Origin: a bacterium
GTDB taxonomy: Bacteria; JAJVIF01
DNA: 64,000 bases
NCBI GenBank assembly: GCA_022072165.1
Contig: JAJVIF010000002.1
Coordinates: 176,221-240,220, forward strand
Direction: 5' to 3'
Shown here: one piece after another, positions 54,046 to 62,749 of the stretch
Layout of the letters: every line of letters starts with the position of its first letter
Numbering within the stretch: position 1 is the stretch's first letter
Program-made: the position numbers and the translations under genes
Notes under the pieces: model-generated
Databases searched by the model: none
What the model saw: only the letters and a program-made list of their open reading frames with translations
What the model was told of the DNA's origin: nothing

Positions 54046-55098
54046 ATGTTGATCCCCACCACCCGTCAGGCATGTTCCATCGCCGCCGCCATCGGTGCGA
54101 TGGCCCTGGGGGCTGCGCTCCTGCCGCCGACGTTTGCTGAAAAAGCTCCAGAAGCGAAGCAGGAAAAGAAGATTGTGGTCCGCAAGGAACTCCGGGGCGG
54201 GAAGCCCGATGCGGCGTCGCTCAAGTCCCGCATCGCCGATGCGAAAGCCTCGATGGAAGCGCGGTCCGAAGACCTGACCGAGGCGAAAGCTCTGCTGCAG
54301 CAGGCGGAAGACGCGCTGAAGCGTCAGGACGAGACCGTAGCGCGGGCGCTCCTGCACGAAGCCGAGCGACTGCTGGGTCCCGACTTCATGGGATTCCCGT
54401 TCCCGGAAGCTGTACGGTTCCATGGGGGCGGCCCTGGGCATGATCCCGGCTGGTTCGGCGCGTTCGCCCCAGGGCTGGACATCGATGTCGATGTCGACTG
54501 GCAGCATGGTGATCCCGGCCTCACCGACGAGATGTTCACCTGGAGCAGCGGTGCAGAGACCCCCGCCGCCCGAAAGCTGGAGATCCGGATCGATGGCGAT
54601 CAGATGACGGTCGATGGCGAAGACGCTGATGGCCAGCCGTTCCATCTGAAAGGCAGCAAGGCTGAGGTGAAAGCGCAGCTGAAGGGCCGCGGCATCGGCT
54701 TGCAGGATGTGGATGGGAGAGCACCCTTCCGGCTGCAGATGCCTGGCTCGCCAGTCCCGCCGTTTTTCGCGCCACATGGTTCCTTCCATTCCAAAGGGCT
54801 CCCGGAACTGAGCAAGGAAGCACGTCATGATCTGGAACAGCAGATCGCGCAGCTGGCCGCCGAGGCTGCGGAACTGCTGAAACAAGGGAAGACCGACGAG
54901 GGACTGGAGAAGCTCCGGGAGGCCTTCGGGCAATCTGTCAGGCTCGGCATCGGTATGGATGGGCAGCACATCCGGATCGAGAAGCGGGTCATCGAGAGCG
55001 ATGAAGCTGACGCTCCCCGAGTAACGCGGAAGCAAAAAGTCGAAAAAGAGGTCTCCGCGACGCAACCTGAAGTCTCCGACGAACGTCTCACCCGGTAA
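54046..55098 (+). CDS. hypothetical secreted coiled-coil protein
   Basis: Trimmed to ATG 54046. Signal peptide (AAAIGAMALGAALLPPTFA). K/E/A-rich helical regions. The opposite-strand ORF is Arg/Gly/Pro-rich shadow. Confidence 0.65.
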   Translation: MLIPTTRQACSIAAAIGAMALGAALLPPTFAEKAPEAKQEKKIVVRKELRGGKPDAASLKSRIADAKASMEARSEDLTEAKALLQQAEDALKRQDETVARALLHEAERLLGPDFMGFPFPEAVRFHGGGPGHDPGWFGAFAPGLDIDVDVDWQHGDPGLTDEMFTWSSGAETPAARKLEIRIDGDQMTVDGEDADGQPFHLKGSKAEVKAQLKGRGIGLQDVDGRAPFRLQMPGSPVPPFFAPHGSFHSKGLPELSKEARHDLEQQIAQLAAEAAELLKQGKTDEGLEKLREAFGQSVRLGIGMDGQHIRIEKRVIESDEADAPRVTRKQKVEKEVSATQPEVSDERLTR

Positions 55099-55122
55099 CA
55101 AGCTACCCCTCAACTGGATGAA

Positions 55123-55176
55123 GAGGTGCCCCAGCACACCGGGGCGGCCCCTGGTTCGCCGGGGGCACTCTTTTTA
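55123..55176 (+). terminator. rho-independent terminator-like hairpin
   Basis: GAGGTGCCCC ... GGGGGCACTC stem (9 bp with one bulge) and an internal GC-rich sub-hairpin, followed by TTTTT. Confidence 0.55.
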
Positions 55177-55239
55177 TAGTGGGGGGGACGAGCGCCTCTG
55201 TTGAACGCATCTGAGGGATGGCAGTACACTGCTGATTCG

Positions 55240-55437
55240 ATGGATATCGCCCTGGCCCAGACCTCGACCCAGCTCGCCCAGACCGCTGTCCAGGCGGCAG
55301 CGACTGTCGCCCTGCTGAAGAAGTCCGCAACGCTGCCGCAGCAGGCGATGCTGCAGCTCATCCAGCGATCCGTGGTCCCGCCGCCCCCAGCGGCGAATCC
55401 GCCCGGGGTCGGCACCCTCCTCGACATCCGGGCCTGA
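55240..55437 (+). CDS. YjfB-family small protein ('putative motility protein')
   Basis: Trimmed to ATG 55240. The sequence MDIALAQTSTQLAQTAVQAAATVALLKKSATLPQQAMLQLIQ..PPPP..GTLLDIRA matches the YjfB pattern as I remember it. Confidence 0.55.
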   Translation: MDIALAQTSTQLAQTAVQAAATVALLKKSATLPQQAMLQLIQRSVVPPPPAANPPGVGTLLDIRA

Positions 55438-55560
55438 ACCCCGCATCCCCGGGCGAAACTGCTGCCCTGTCGACAACATGCCCTCTTTTGTTCCACGGGG
55501 GAACGCCAATCGTTGTCCCTTGCCCTCGCACAACCGTGGGGCGTATCCTTGCATCCTCCT

Positions 55561-55709
55561 CATCGGCATGATGGGAACCCGGTGTGAATCCGGGACGGAC
55601 GAGCCGCTGTAAGCGGGGAGTCGGCAGCCACGATGCCAGTGTGTCCGGACAGGACATGCGAAGGCGGCTGACCGATGGTGATCCGCGAGTCAGAAGACCG
55701 ATGCCGATG
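55561..55709 (+). promoter_or_regulatory. cobalamin (B12) riboswitch aptamer
   Basis: 9-bp P1 helix CATCGGCAT (55561-69) / ATGCCGATG (55701-09). Conserved core GGGAACCCGGTGTGAATCCGGGAC..GAGCCGCTGTAAGCGGGGA. CCAGTG..GCGAAGGC element. B12 box AGTCAGAAGACC (55688-99). A possible TTGCCC-18-TATCCT promoter lies just upstream. The regulated ATG is at 55774. Confidence 0.85.
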
Positions 55710-55773
55710 CCATTGCCGACCTTTTCTGCCGTCGTACGGTCTCGACTTGCCGTACAGAAAGGCGCTCCCGCCC

Positions 55774-57996
55774 ATGTTCATCCCTGCCCACAGACGCTGG
55801 TGGCTGGCCACCTGCAGTCTGTTGCTCTGCAGCCTGCTGCTGATGAGTTGCAGTCGTACGACCTCCTTCATCCCACATAACCCCGTCGATGTCACACCAC
55901 ATTTGGCATCTCTGCCACTCGCGGCGGCGGACCTGGTCATCGATGCCGACACCGGCACGTTGAGTCTGCTGGAGCGCGAAGGCATGGCCGCCGGCGACCC
56001 GCTGGTCTTTGCCGCGACTCCCCTCTTCCGACGATCCGCTCTGCGTCTGGAGGGGATTCGACGCCTTTCCGATAATCGGCTGGGACTGACCCTGGCGATC
56101 CGGCATCCACTGGCAGCGCCGGAGCCGGGGACGATCGATCCGTCGTTTCACGCCACTGATGTCCTGGGCATCCTGGTGTTTGATGGGTCCGGCACAATCT
56201 CTATAGGGAGCGAGCGAGTACATGCTGGCTGGCTGGACGCGCATGGCTACACCGATCTGTTGCAGCAGCAACTGACCAATGGATTTCAGACCACTGCCAC
56301 CTGGCATCCCTATGTACTTCTGAGCGCCGACGGGCGTCAGCCAAACTACGATCCCGCGACCCTGCATGGCTGGACCGATCTGGTAGCCCCCCGGGGTCTG
56401 AACGTTTTGCCGCAAGGGTGCGACTGGCGTTCCACAGAGCTCATCCTGGATTTGCCTCCAGGAGAGCATCGGGTCCGGCTGGCGATCCAGGCCTCGATTC
56501 AGCAGGTGCCGGTGGGCAACACGGAAGCACCGCTCCCGGCGCAGTACGCCTATCCCGAAGGGAATCTGGCAGCCGCATGGGGAGTCGGGGCGGAGATTTG
56601 GAACAACGATCTGACCGCCGGGACACCGGCGAGCGGTGCCGAGCTCGATGTCCTGGTCTACGACTGGCAGCATGGGACCCCCGCCACAAGTCCCTGGTCC
56701 ATCAGCGACCACAAAAGCATGGTGCGACAGGTCAGCGATGTCGCCAGTGTCCGGGTCCTGGTCCCAGCGCTGGGCCTCGACCTCACACAGCCAGGGAGTG
56801 CGGCGGTGAGCGGCACAGGACGTCCGGGGAGCCCGCTACGTTTCACGTTCCCCCTGACCAATCAGACGGGAGTCGGCGCGGGGACCTACTGGGCGCTGAT
56901 CGATGTCCGCGACACCCGGAGCGCGGAAGGGCTGCGTGACAGCGATGGTCAGGTGCTGACTGCTCCCCAGGGCTTCCGCACTGGGCAGATTGTCCCGGTG
57001 TCCGTGTTCCCTGCAACGGGTCCTGAGCGACTGGTTGGACTGCAACTCGCGACACAGCATCAGATTTTTGTCGGACCCCACCTGCCGGTCTCGCTGACTG
57101 CCCGAGGGCGACTCAGTACCGGTGCGCTGATCCCACTGGACCAGGGGAGCATCGAACATCGCCTGCTGAGCGGGACTGGCGCGATGCTGACTGGTGCCAC
57201 GGTCGAGCGGACCCTCCCTCGCGATGAGCGGGGGACCGCACTCCTGGAGTCGCGGCTCACAGAAGGACCAGCCCTGATTCGGGGTCGCACGACTTTGGTG
57301 TTGGGGGATCCTTATGCCGATCAGGTGGTGGACTATGCGCCGCTCTGCGGAGCGGGCGGGAGTGGCGCGAATCCGCAGCTGGCGCTGGGGGGGCCCCGTG
57401 GCGCAGGACGCTTTTCCGGCAACGCGGATCACATTGTGTCGCTGGGATATGGCGGCAGTCTGACCCTGGCGTTCACCGATGGGGGCATGCTGGATCGTCC
57501 GGGTCCAGACTTCATCGTCTTCGAAAACGCGTTTGAAATCGGGCAGGACCCGGACCAGGTCTTCACGGAAACTGTACGGGTGGAAGTCTCCGCGAATGGC
57601 ACCGACTGGGTTGCCTTCCCGATGGACTATCGCCCCATCGGAGAACTGCCGTGGCGTCGCCCCTGGAACTTCACGGGCGTCGCCGGGATTGCCCCCGTAC
57701 TGGCCAATGTAGTCACCAACAGCCTCGACCCCACCAATCCGGCGGAAGCCGGAGGCGACCTCTTCGACCTCGCGACCATCGGGCTCCCCTACGCCGCCTT
57801 CGTACGACTCACCGGGACCGGCATCGACAGCACCAGCCCCTGCTACAGCGGCTGCCCGCTGTCGAACCGGATGACTGACGTGGATGGTGATCTCATTGAT
57901 GACGAAGGCAAACGGGCGACCTGCAGTTCGGTGATCGGCGGCCCTGACATTGACGCGGTCGCGATTGTTGCGGGGCATCAGGGCTTCCCGGAATGA
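55774..57996 (+). CDS. lipoprotein: same unassigned N-module + Ig-like domain + unassigned beta-rich C-terminal domain; riboswitch-controlled
   Basis: Trimmed to ATG 55774 (MFIPAHRRWWLATCSLLLCSLLLMS|C). N-module blocks IRHPLAAPEPG..VLGILVF, AHGYT, WHPYVLLSAD, LAIQASI, AQYAYPEGNLAAAW, LDVLVYDWQHG, SDVASVRVLVPALG and GTYWALIDVRD. C-terminus contains GPDFIVFENAF..VRVEVSANGTDW. Confidence 0.85.
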   Translation: MFIPAHRRWWLATCSLLLCSLLLMSCSRTTSFIPHNPVDVTPHLASLPLAAADLVIDADTGTLSLLEREGMAAGDPLVFAATPLFRRSALRLEGIRRLSDNRLGLTLAIRHPLAAPEPGTIDPSFHATDVLGILVFDGSGTISIGSERVHAGWLDAHGYTDLLQQQLTNGFQTTATWHPYVLLSADGRQPNYDPATLHGWTDLVAPRGLNVLPQGCDWRSTELILDLPPGEHRVRLAIQASIQQVPVGNTEAPLPAQYAYPEGNLAAAWGVGAEIWNNDLTAGTPASGAELDVLVYDWQHGTPATSPWSISDHKSMVRQVSDVASVRVLVPALGLDLTQPGSAAVSGTGRPGSPLRFTFPLTNQTGVGAGTYWALIDVRDTRSAEGLRDSDGQVLTAPQGFRTGQIVPVSVFPATGPERLVGLQLATQHQIFVGPHLPVSLTARGRLSTGALIPLDQGSIEHRLLSGTGAMLTGATVERTLPRDERGTALLESRLTEGPALIRGRTTLVLGDPYADQVVDYAPLCGAGGSGANPQLALGGPRGAGRFSGNADHIVSLGYGGSLTLAFTDGGMLDRPGPDFIVFENAFEIGQDPDQVFTETVRVEVSANGTDWVAFPMDYRPIGELPWRRPWNFTGVAGIAPVLANVVTNSLDPTNPAEAGGDLFDLATIGLPYAAFVRLTGTGIDSTSPCYSGCPLSNRMTDVDGDLIDDEGKRATCSSVIGGPDIDAVAIVAGHQGFPE

Positions 57997-59123
57997 TCCG
58001 CACCGGTCTGTTCACCACAGGAGTGTTGTTCATCGCCGGGTGTGCCGTCGGCAACAGCGGCATCGGACCAGCCACACCATCGGGCGAGTTGCCGGCGGTG
58101 CCGCAGGGCGGGACTGTGCTCATTGCCAACAGCCTGAGCGAAACGCTCTCTCGTCTGGACCTCACCACGACGCCTGCCCGGATGGAACCGCAGGTAGCGC
58201 TGACGGGTCAAGCGCCGAACGCGCTGCTGCTTTATGGGTCAGAGATTCTGGTGGTGAATTCGCTGTCGAACTCCGTGCAGCTACTCGATCGTCAGACGCT
58301 CTCGCAGGTGGCGGAGTACAGCCTCGGGAGTCGCACGAATCCCTGGGACGCCGTCATCGTGGGCGACACCGCCTGGGTCTCCTGCTGGGTGAGCCAGGAA
58401 GTCGTTGGGCTGGACCTCACCGATGGCACGATCCACCAGCGGATTGCGGCACCCACCAGCGACGGGTTGCCTCATGTGCCGGGAGTCACGACCCGGGCGT
58501 ATCCGCAGGGGATGGCGCAGGACCTGAACGAGTCGCGGATCTACGTGGCGTTGCCGAATCTGAACGCTCAATTTTTGCCGGCGGGTGCGGGAGTCCTCTG
58601 GACCCTGACCCGGGATGGTGACTCTTTTCAGTCCGATGGCATCACGGTGCTGGAGCCTGCGGCGAACGCGGCCGATGTCACGGTGAGCAACATCGGGGGG
58701 CGTCCGGCGGTCATCGTGGCCTGCGCTGGCGACTTTGAGTCGGGGACTGGCTATCGGGAAAACGGCACCCTGACCTGGCTCGATGGCGTGACCTTGCAAG
58801 TGCGCGAGCACAGGCTGGTGGAGAGCGCACCGGTCCGGGTGACCGCTCGTGGCCCCTGGGCGTATGCGCCAGGAGCGCAGACAGGAGATGTGGTCGCGCT
58901 GGAGTTTGGGGCCACTGCTGCCCCGGTGCGCATCACCCTCCCGGACGCGGGGGCGGGGCAGAACTACGCTTCCGCCGTGGCCTTTGGCGATGACACGACC
59001 CTGCTTGCGTTGCAGTTCAACAGCGATCGCCTGTATGCCATCGATGTGCGGACCTGGACGGTCAGTGGTGGCGTGACGACCGGCGATGGTCCGGTCGCTC
59101 TGCTGGTGCTCCCCCGGGAGTGA
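57993..59123 (+). CDS. lipoprotein, YVTN/YncE-like seven-bladed beta-propeller
   Basis: ATGA overlap with the upstream gene. Lipobox FIAG|C. About seven periodic strands (VLIANSLSETLSRLDL, ILVVNSLSNSVQLLD, AWVSCWVSQEVVGLDL, IYVALPN, AVIVACAGDF, DVVALEF, LLALQFNSDRLYAIDV). Confidence 0.8.
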   Translation: MIRTGLFTTGVLFIAGCAVGNSGIGPATPSGELPAVPQGGTVLIANSLSETLSRLDLTTTPARMEPQVALTGQAPNALLLYGSEILVVNSLSNSVQLLDRQTLSQVAEYSLGSRTNPWDAVIVGDTAWVSCWVSQEVVGLDLTDGTIHQRIAAPTSDGLPHVPGVTTRAYPQGMAQDLNESRIYVALPNLNAQFLPAGAGVLWTLTRDGDSFQSDGITVLEPAANAADVTVSNIGGRPAVIVACAGDFESGTGYRENGTLTWLDGVTLQVREHRLVESAPVRVTARGPWAYAPGAQTGDVVALEFGATAAPVRITLPDAGAGQNYASAVAFGDDTTLLALQFNSDRLYAIDVRTWTVSGGVTTGDGPVALLVLPRE

Positions 59124-59138
59124 CCGACACGGGCCGGG

Positions 59139-60044
59139 TCACCACTTAATGGGGTCTTTCACCTTGCCAGTGGGGGCCGCCTTTTCGACAAATTCGATGA
59201 TCTTCCCGGAGACATCGACTCCGCTGGCGGTTTCGATTCCCTCGAGGCCCGGGGTGGAGTTCACTTCCATCACGACCGGGCCATGATTCGAGCGGAGCAT
59301 GTCGACCCCGGCGACGCCGAGTCCCATGGTGGCGGCCGCCCGGATGGCAGTGGAGCGTTCGGCAGGCGTCAGCTTCACGGCCTTCGCAGTCCCGCCGCGA
59401 TGCAGGTTGCTCCGGAATTCGCCGGGGGCGCCGGTCCGCATCATCGACGCCACCACTTTGCCCCCCACCACGAAGGCCCGGATGTCGCTCCCCCCGGCTT
59501 CTTTGATGAATTCCTGCACGAGGATGTTGGCGTTGAGCTCCCGAAAGGCCTCGATGACCGACTTCGCCGCTTTGTTGGTCTCTGCCAGGACCACCCCGAT
59601 CCCCTGGGTCCCTTCCAGGAGCTTGATCACCAGGGGCGCGCCGCCGACTGTGGCGATGAGACCATCGATGTCCTTGGTGGCATGGGCATAGCCAGTCACC
59701 GGAAGACCGATCCCCTTGCGGGCCAGGAGCTGCAGGGACCGGAGCTTGTCCCGGGACCGGGTGATGGCCTGCGATTCGTTCGTTGGGAAAACACCCATCA
59801 TTTCAAACTGACGGACCACCGCCGTGCCATAGAAGGTGTAGCTGGCACCGATGCGGGGAATGATGGCATCGAAGCCGGTGAGTTCTTCCCCCTGGAAGTA
59901 GATCTGCGGCTTGAGGCTGGTGATGTTCATGTAGCAACGGAGATAGTCGATCACATGGATGTCGTGGCCCCGGGCCTTCCCTGCTTCCACCAGCCGTCGG
60001 GTGGAATAGAGGGCGCGATTGCGGGAGAGGATGGCGATCTTCAT
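59139..60044 (-). CDS. rimK: ATP-grasp ribosomal protein S6--L-glutamate ligase
   Basis: Track ORF (360 aa) trimmed to ATG 60044. [19 protein letters not shown], then [21 protein letters not shown] and [31 protein letters not shown]. Confidence 0.92.
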   Translation of the reverse strand: MKIAILSRNRALYSTRRLVEAGKARGHDIHVIDYLRCYMNITSLKPQIYFQGEELTGFDAIIPRIGASYTFYGTAVVRQFEMMGVFPTNESQAITRSRDKLRSLQLLARKGIGLPVTGYAHATKDIDGLIATVGGAPLVIKLLEGTQGIGVVLAETNKAAKSVIEAFRELNANILVQEFIKEAGGSDIRAFVVGGKVVASMMRTGAPGEFRSNLHRGGTAKAVKLTPAERSTAIRAAATMGLGVAGVDMLRSNHGPVVMEVNSTPGLEGIETASGVDVSGKIIEFVEKAAPTGKVKDPIKW

Positions 60045-60532
60045 CGGGGGGTGGGCTCCTCCGGTCGGGACCGGCGGGATATACGGCGGGGCCGTTTGCT
60101 GAGGAGATACGAATGGCCGGGATCCACCAGGAAGCGGCCGCGAATCGCCTCCCGTCCGAGCAACAGGCGAAAGCCCATTTCCGGACGGGGGGTCAGGGTC
60201 AGCTCGATAGGCCAGAGCCACGCACCGAGCTGGAGAGCGGTCTGGATCACGGGACGCTCTTCCGCGTGTCCGCTGGAGCTGCGGATGATACGGACAGATA
60301 CCAGGGGGGCTTCGGCCGGTTCAGCGATTTCGGGATGTCGATGAAAGGGGTGAAAGAGAAAGCGGACCACCCGTCCGGAGGGCGACTCGGCGATCTCGAT
60401 GTCGGAGGCATGGAGGGCACTGGTCCGGGCCCCGGTGTCGATCTTCGCCTGCAGGGGCGACAGATGGAGGTCCGGGAACAGCACCCACTCACGCCAGCCA
60501 ATGACCGGAAGCTCAGTTGCGGGAACGGGCAC
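60041..60532 (-). CDS. RimK-associated retropepsin-like 'ATP-dependent zinc protease' (PF05618-type)
   Basis: Motif [36 protein letters not shown] overlap with rimK. The track start (60667) runs through the tRNA and its promoter, so the gene was trimmed to the only GTG, at 60532. The start remains uncertain. Confidence 0.7.
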   Translation of the reverse strand: MPVPATELPVIGWREWVLFPDLHLSPLQAKIDTGARTSALHASDIEIAESPSGRVVRFLFHPFHRHPEIAEPAEAPLVSVRIIRSSSGHAEERPVIQTALQLGAWLWPIELTLTPRPEMGFRLLLGREAIRGRFLVDPGHSYLLSKRPRRISRRSRPEEPTPR

Positions 60533-60592
60533 GATGGAGCGGTCCCCTGGTCCTTGGGTGGCAAAGTGAGCAACAGCGGCCGGGCGGGTCGG

Positions 60593-60621
60593 TTGACAGG
60601 GCCGATGCCGGAGAGTATAAG
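60593..60621 (+). promoter_or_regulatory. sigma-70-type promoter of the initiator tRNA
   Basis: TTGACA (60593-98), 17-nt spacer, TATAAG (60616-21). The tRNA 5' end lies 11 nt downstream of the -10 element. Confidence 0.65.
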
Positions 60622-60632
60622 GATTCGGTTGC

Positions 60633-60704
<72 letters not shown>

Positions 60705-60715
60705 AAGCTGACCGG

Positions 60716-60746
60716 CCGCCCCATCGTCATCGGTGGGGCGGTTTTG
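60716..60746 (+). terminator. rho-independent terminator of the tRNA
   Basis: CCGCCCCA-tcgtcatcgg-TGGGGCGG followed by TTTTGTT. Confidence 0.8.
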
Positions 60747-60842
60747 TTCTGCAGGTTTTACTCGCTAAACGCATCAGCGCGTCCTGATCGCAATATGGGA
60801 CATTCACGTCGGGCAGTTCCAGGTGTGGCCACCGACAATGAT

Positions 60843-60875
60843 GAAAAAGATGAACCCCGGCCAATGACCGGGGTT
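60843..60875 (-). terminator. rho-independent terminator after the 21-aa sORF
   Basis: Minus strand reads AACCCCGG-tcattgg-CCGGGGTT followed by CATCTTTTTC. It lies 21 nt past the sORF stop. Confidence 0.6.
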
Positions 60876-60896
60876 CTGGTTCCTCAGGTCGCCCCG

Positions 60897-60962
60897 CTAT
60901 GCGGGGCTGCCTATGCAACCCTCGCCGCAGTGCGCGACGCGCGGGATAGAAAAGCGCTTCAT
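60897..60962 (-). CDS. unlisted 21-aa sORF MKRFSIPRVAHCGEGCIGSPA
   Basis: ATG preceded by GGAAGGAGG with a 7-nt spacer. TAG stop. Its own terminator hairpin lies downstream. Too short for the ORF track. No homolog recognised. Confidence 0.4.
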   Translation of the reverse strand: MKRFSIPRVAHCGEGCIGSPA

Positions 60963-61251
60963 GTGAGGGCCTCCTTCCTTCGACGCTCGAACCTGAGCCG
61001 GCAAGGGTTGCCCCTGACGGCGTGCCTTGTTTGCCGCCGGACCGCCCCTGGTGGAGAGTCCGGAGACCTCAGTCTGCAGGGACTGGTCGTCGGTGACGCC
61101 GGTCCTGACTGCGGGCTGATGTGCGTATTGTCTCCACTCTCAGGTTTCCGTCAAGGATTAGGGCGCCTACTGAAACTTTGGTATCCAGCGGATACCGTGG
61201 ATGCGATCCGGATTCAGGCTATGCTGTACGTCCCATCTGAGGAGGTGCTGC

Positions 61252-61434
61252 ATGTCCCCGGCCGACGCGACCCCATCCACCAGAGCCCCCAAAAAGGGTC
61301 CGGCCTGCCCCAAATGCGGCTCGGCTGATACACGGCAGACGGATGTCTATGAGGACGCCTACGGGCATCTGGTGACAGAAAACGTGTGTGACGCCTGCGG
61401 GCATGAATTCGACACCAAAATCGGCGGCCTGTAG
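61252..61434 (+). CDS. zinc-ribbon small protein (60 aa)
   Basis: Trimmed to ATG 61252, with GGAGGTG 5 nt upstream. CPKCGS..(24)..CDACGH. Confidence 0.6.
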   Translation: MSPADATPSTRAPKKGPACPKCGSADTRQTDVYEDAYGHLVTENVCDACGHEFDTKIGGL

Positions 61435-61494
61435 TCGACAAAGACAAGTGGAGCAACGGTAGTGGACGACGGCGCTTGCGCCGTCGACTGAGGC

Positions 61495-61743
61495 CTAGTG
61501 GCCACCCATGACATGCTCCGAGACCCGTTCCCCGGACTTAATGGCGCGACGGGTATCAGCAGCGCCCTTCGCCATGCCAATAAGCCCGACCAGCAGCAAA
61601 ATCAACGCTGTCGCAATGATGCTCCCGATCCACCAGCGTTCCGCCCCCGGATGTCGCACGATTTCGCCCCCATCAGGGTCGAGCTGCAACTCCTCCAGTT
61701 CCTCTTCTGAAAGAAGAGAAATGTCGGTCAGGTGAGGCGTCAT
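61495..61743 (-). CDS. hypothetical small membrane protein
   Basis: Track ORF (228 aa) trimmed to ATG 61743. Acidic N-terminus and one TM segment (WWIGSIIATALILLLVGLIGM). The upstream extension is Pro/Arg/Gly shadow-like. Confidence 0.4.
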   Translation of the reverse strand: MTPHLTDISLLSEEELEELQLDPDGGEIVRHPGAERWWIGSIIATALILLLVGLIGMAKGAADTRRAIKSGERVSEHVMGGH

Positions 61744-61821
61744 GCTGCGCACAGCATACTGGCTCCATGACCCGACGGTCGACACCCGCACCAGCAGCGT
61801 TTCGTTGCGACAACCCGGATA

Positions 61822-62301
61822 ATGCTCCCCATGTGGCGATCCTTGCGACGCTGGCTCGTACGGCAGTGGCTCCCGGCCGCGTTCAAAGTGCGGGGAGTCC
61901 GGATGGCGTACATGCGCTACCTCGGGGCGCTGGCCTCGGATCCGGAAGCCGATCGCGCAGCGCTGGTGCGGGCAGCGACCCACCTCGGGGTTGCCCTCGC
62001 CGAAGATCTCCAGGCGGAGCTGGAGCTGGGGGACTCCGTGGCCGATGCCGATGCCGCCTGGGGACTCGGGTGTCAGGTGCTGGGACTCACCCATCAGCGG
62101 AGTGTGGAAGGGGGGCGTGTGACCTACGACCACACCGGCTGCGACTGGCATCAGTTCAACGCACGTCAGGGAGCCTGTCACTGCGAGACCCTCTGCCTGC
62201 CGATGGTCCGGAGCCTCACGGCGACCCTGGCCCCCTCGGTGACGGTGACTGTCGATCGCGTCCCTACGCGGGAGCGCGGCTGCCGCAAGTCGTTGTCGTA
62301 A
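61822..62301 (+). CDS. hypothetical Cys-rich protein
   Basis: 159 aa, ATG start. C-terminal HTGCDWH..C.C..LC pattern. No confident family. Confidence 0.4.
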   Translation: MLPMWRSLRRWLVRQWLPAAFKVRGVRMAYMRYLGALASDPEADRAALVRAATHLGVALAEDLQAELELGDSVADADAAWGLGCQVLGLTHQRSVEGGRVTYDHTGCDWHQFNARQGACHCETLCLPMVRSLTATLAPSVTVTVDRVPTRERGCRKSLS

Positions 62302-62398
62302 GCTCTTGGCGTCGGCTTGACATCACATAGTTTTTTTTACATTTGTCACTGGGAAACGGCACAGCACTTCAAGACAAGTTCGAGAGGTTCCAACTCTG

Positions 62399-62749
62399 AT
62401 GAACCTGCCACTTTCCGCAGTGCCCGCACTGGTTGCAGCGGCGATGCTTTCAGCGACCGGATGTACCAACGACTTACGGACCCCTCCCGGCGACCCGACG
62501 GATGCCGATAGCCTGACCAGCGCGCCAGCGGTCACCGACGAGGCTCGGCGCACCACCCAGCAACTACCGAACGCCACACAAATGGTGGAACTGACACTCC
62601 CGCAGGGATCCCGCCCCGGAGCTGACCTCCTCTCGGATGCGATGCTCGATTCGGGCTCTGGGGCAAAGAGGTGCTGCGTGCGGCAGCCCTCTGGACCCAC
62701 ATGGAAGGGAGCCCCCAGGTCGACTCGCGCTTCTGGGAGGCGGGGCTGA
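62399..62749 (+). CDS. lipoprotein signal-bearing ORF (possibly the 5' part of a frameshifted gene)
   Basis: GAGAGG upstream. MNLPLSAVPALVAAAMLSATG|C lipobox. The 3' tail is Arg/Gly-rich and overlaps 62671..63426 in another frame. Confidence 0.35.
   Translation: MNLPLSAVPALVAAAMLSATGCTNDLRTPPGDPTDADSLTSAPAVTDEARRTTQQLPNATQMVELTLPQGSRPGADLLSDAMLDSGSGAKRCCVRQPSGPTWKGAPRSTRASGRRG

Noticed and set aside
54028-60344. ORFs 54028..55137 (-), 55690..56712 (-), 56836..57978 (-) and 59283..60344 (+)
   Set aside because: They are antisense to the secreted coiled-coil protein, the riboswitch-controlled lipoprotein and rimK. 55690..56712 would also run through the riboswitch.
60744-61328. Plus-strand ORF of 194 aa between the tRNA and the zinc-ribbon gene
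   Set aside because: It has a non-ATG start with no SD, shadow-like composition, and begins inside the tRNA terminator. The region is better explained by the minus-strand sORF unit plus the promoter region of 61252..61434.
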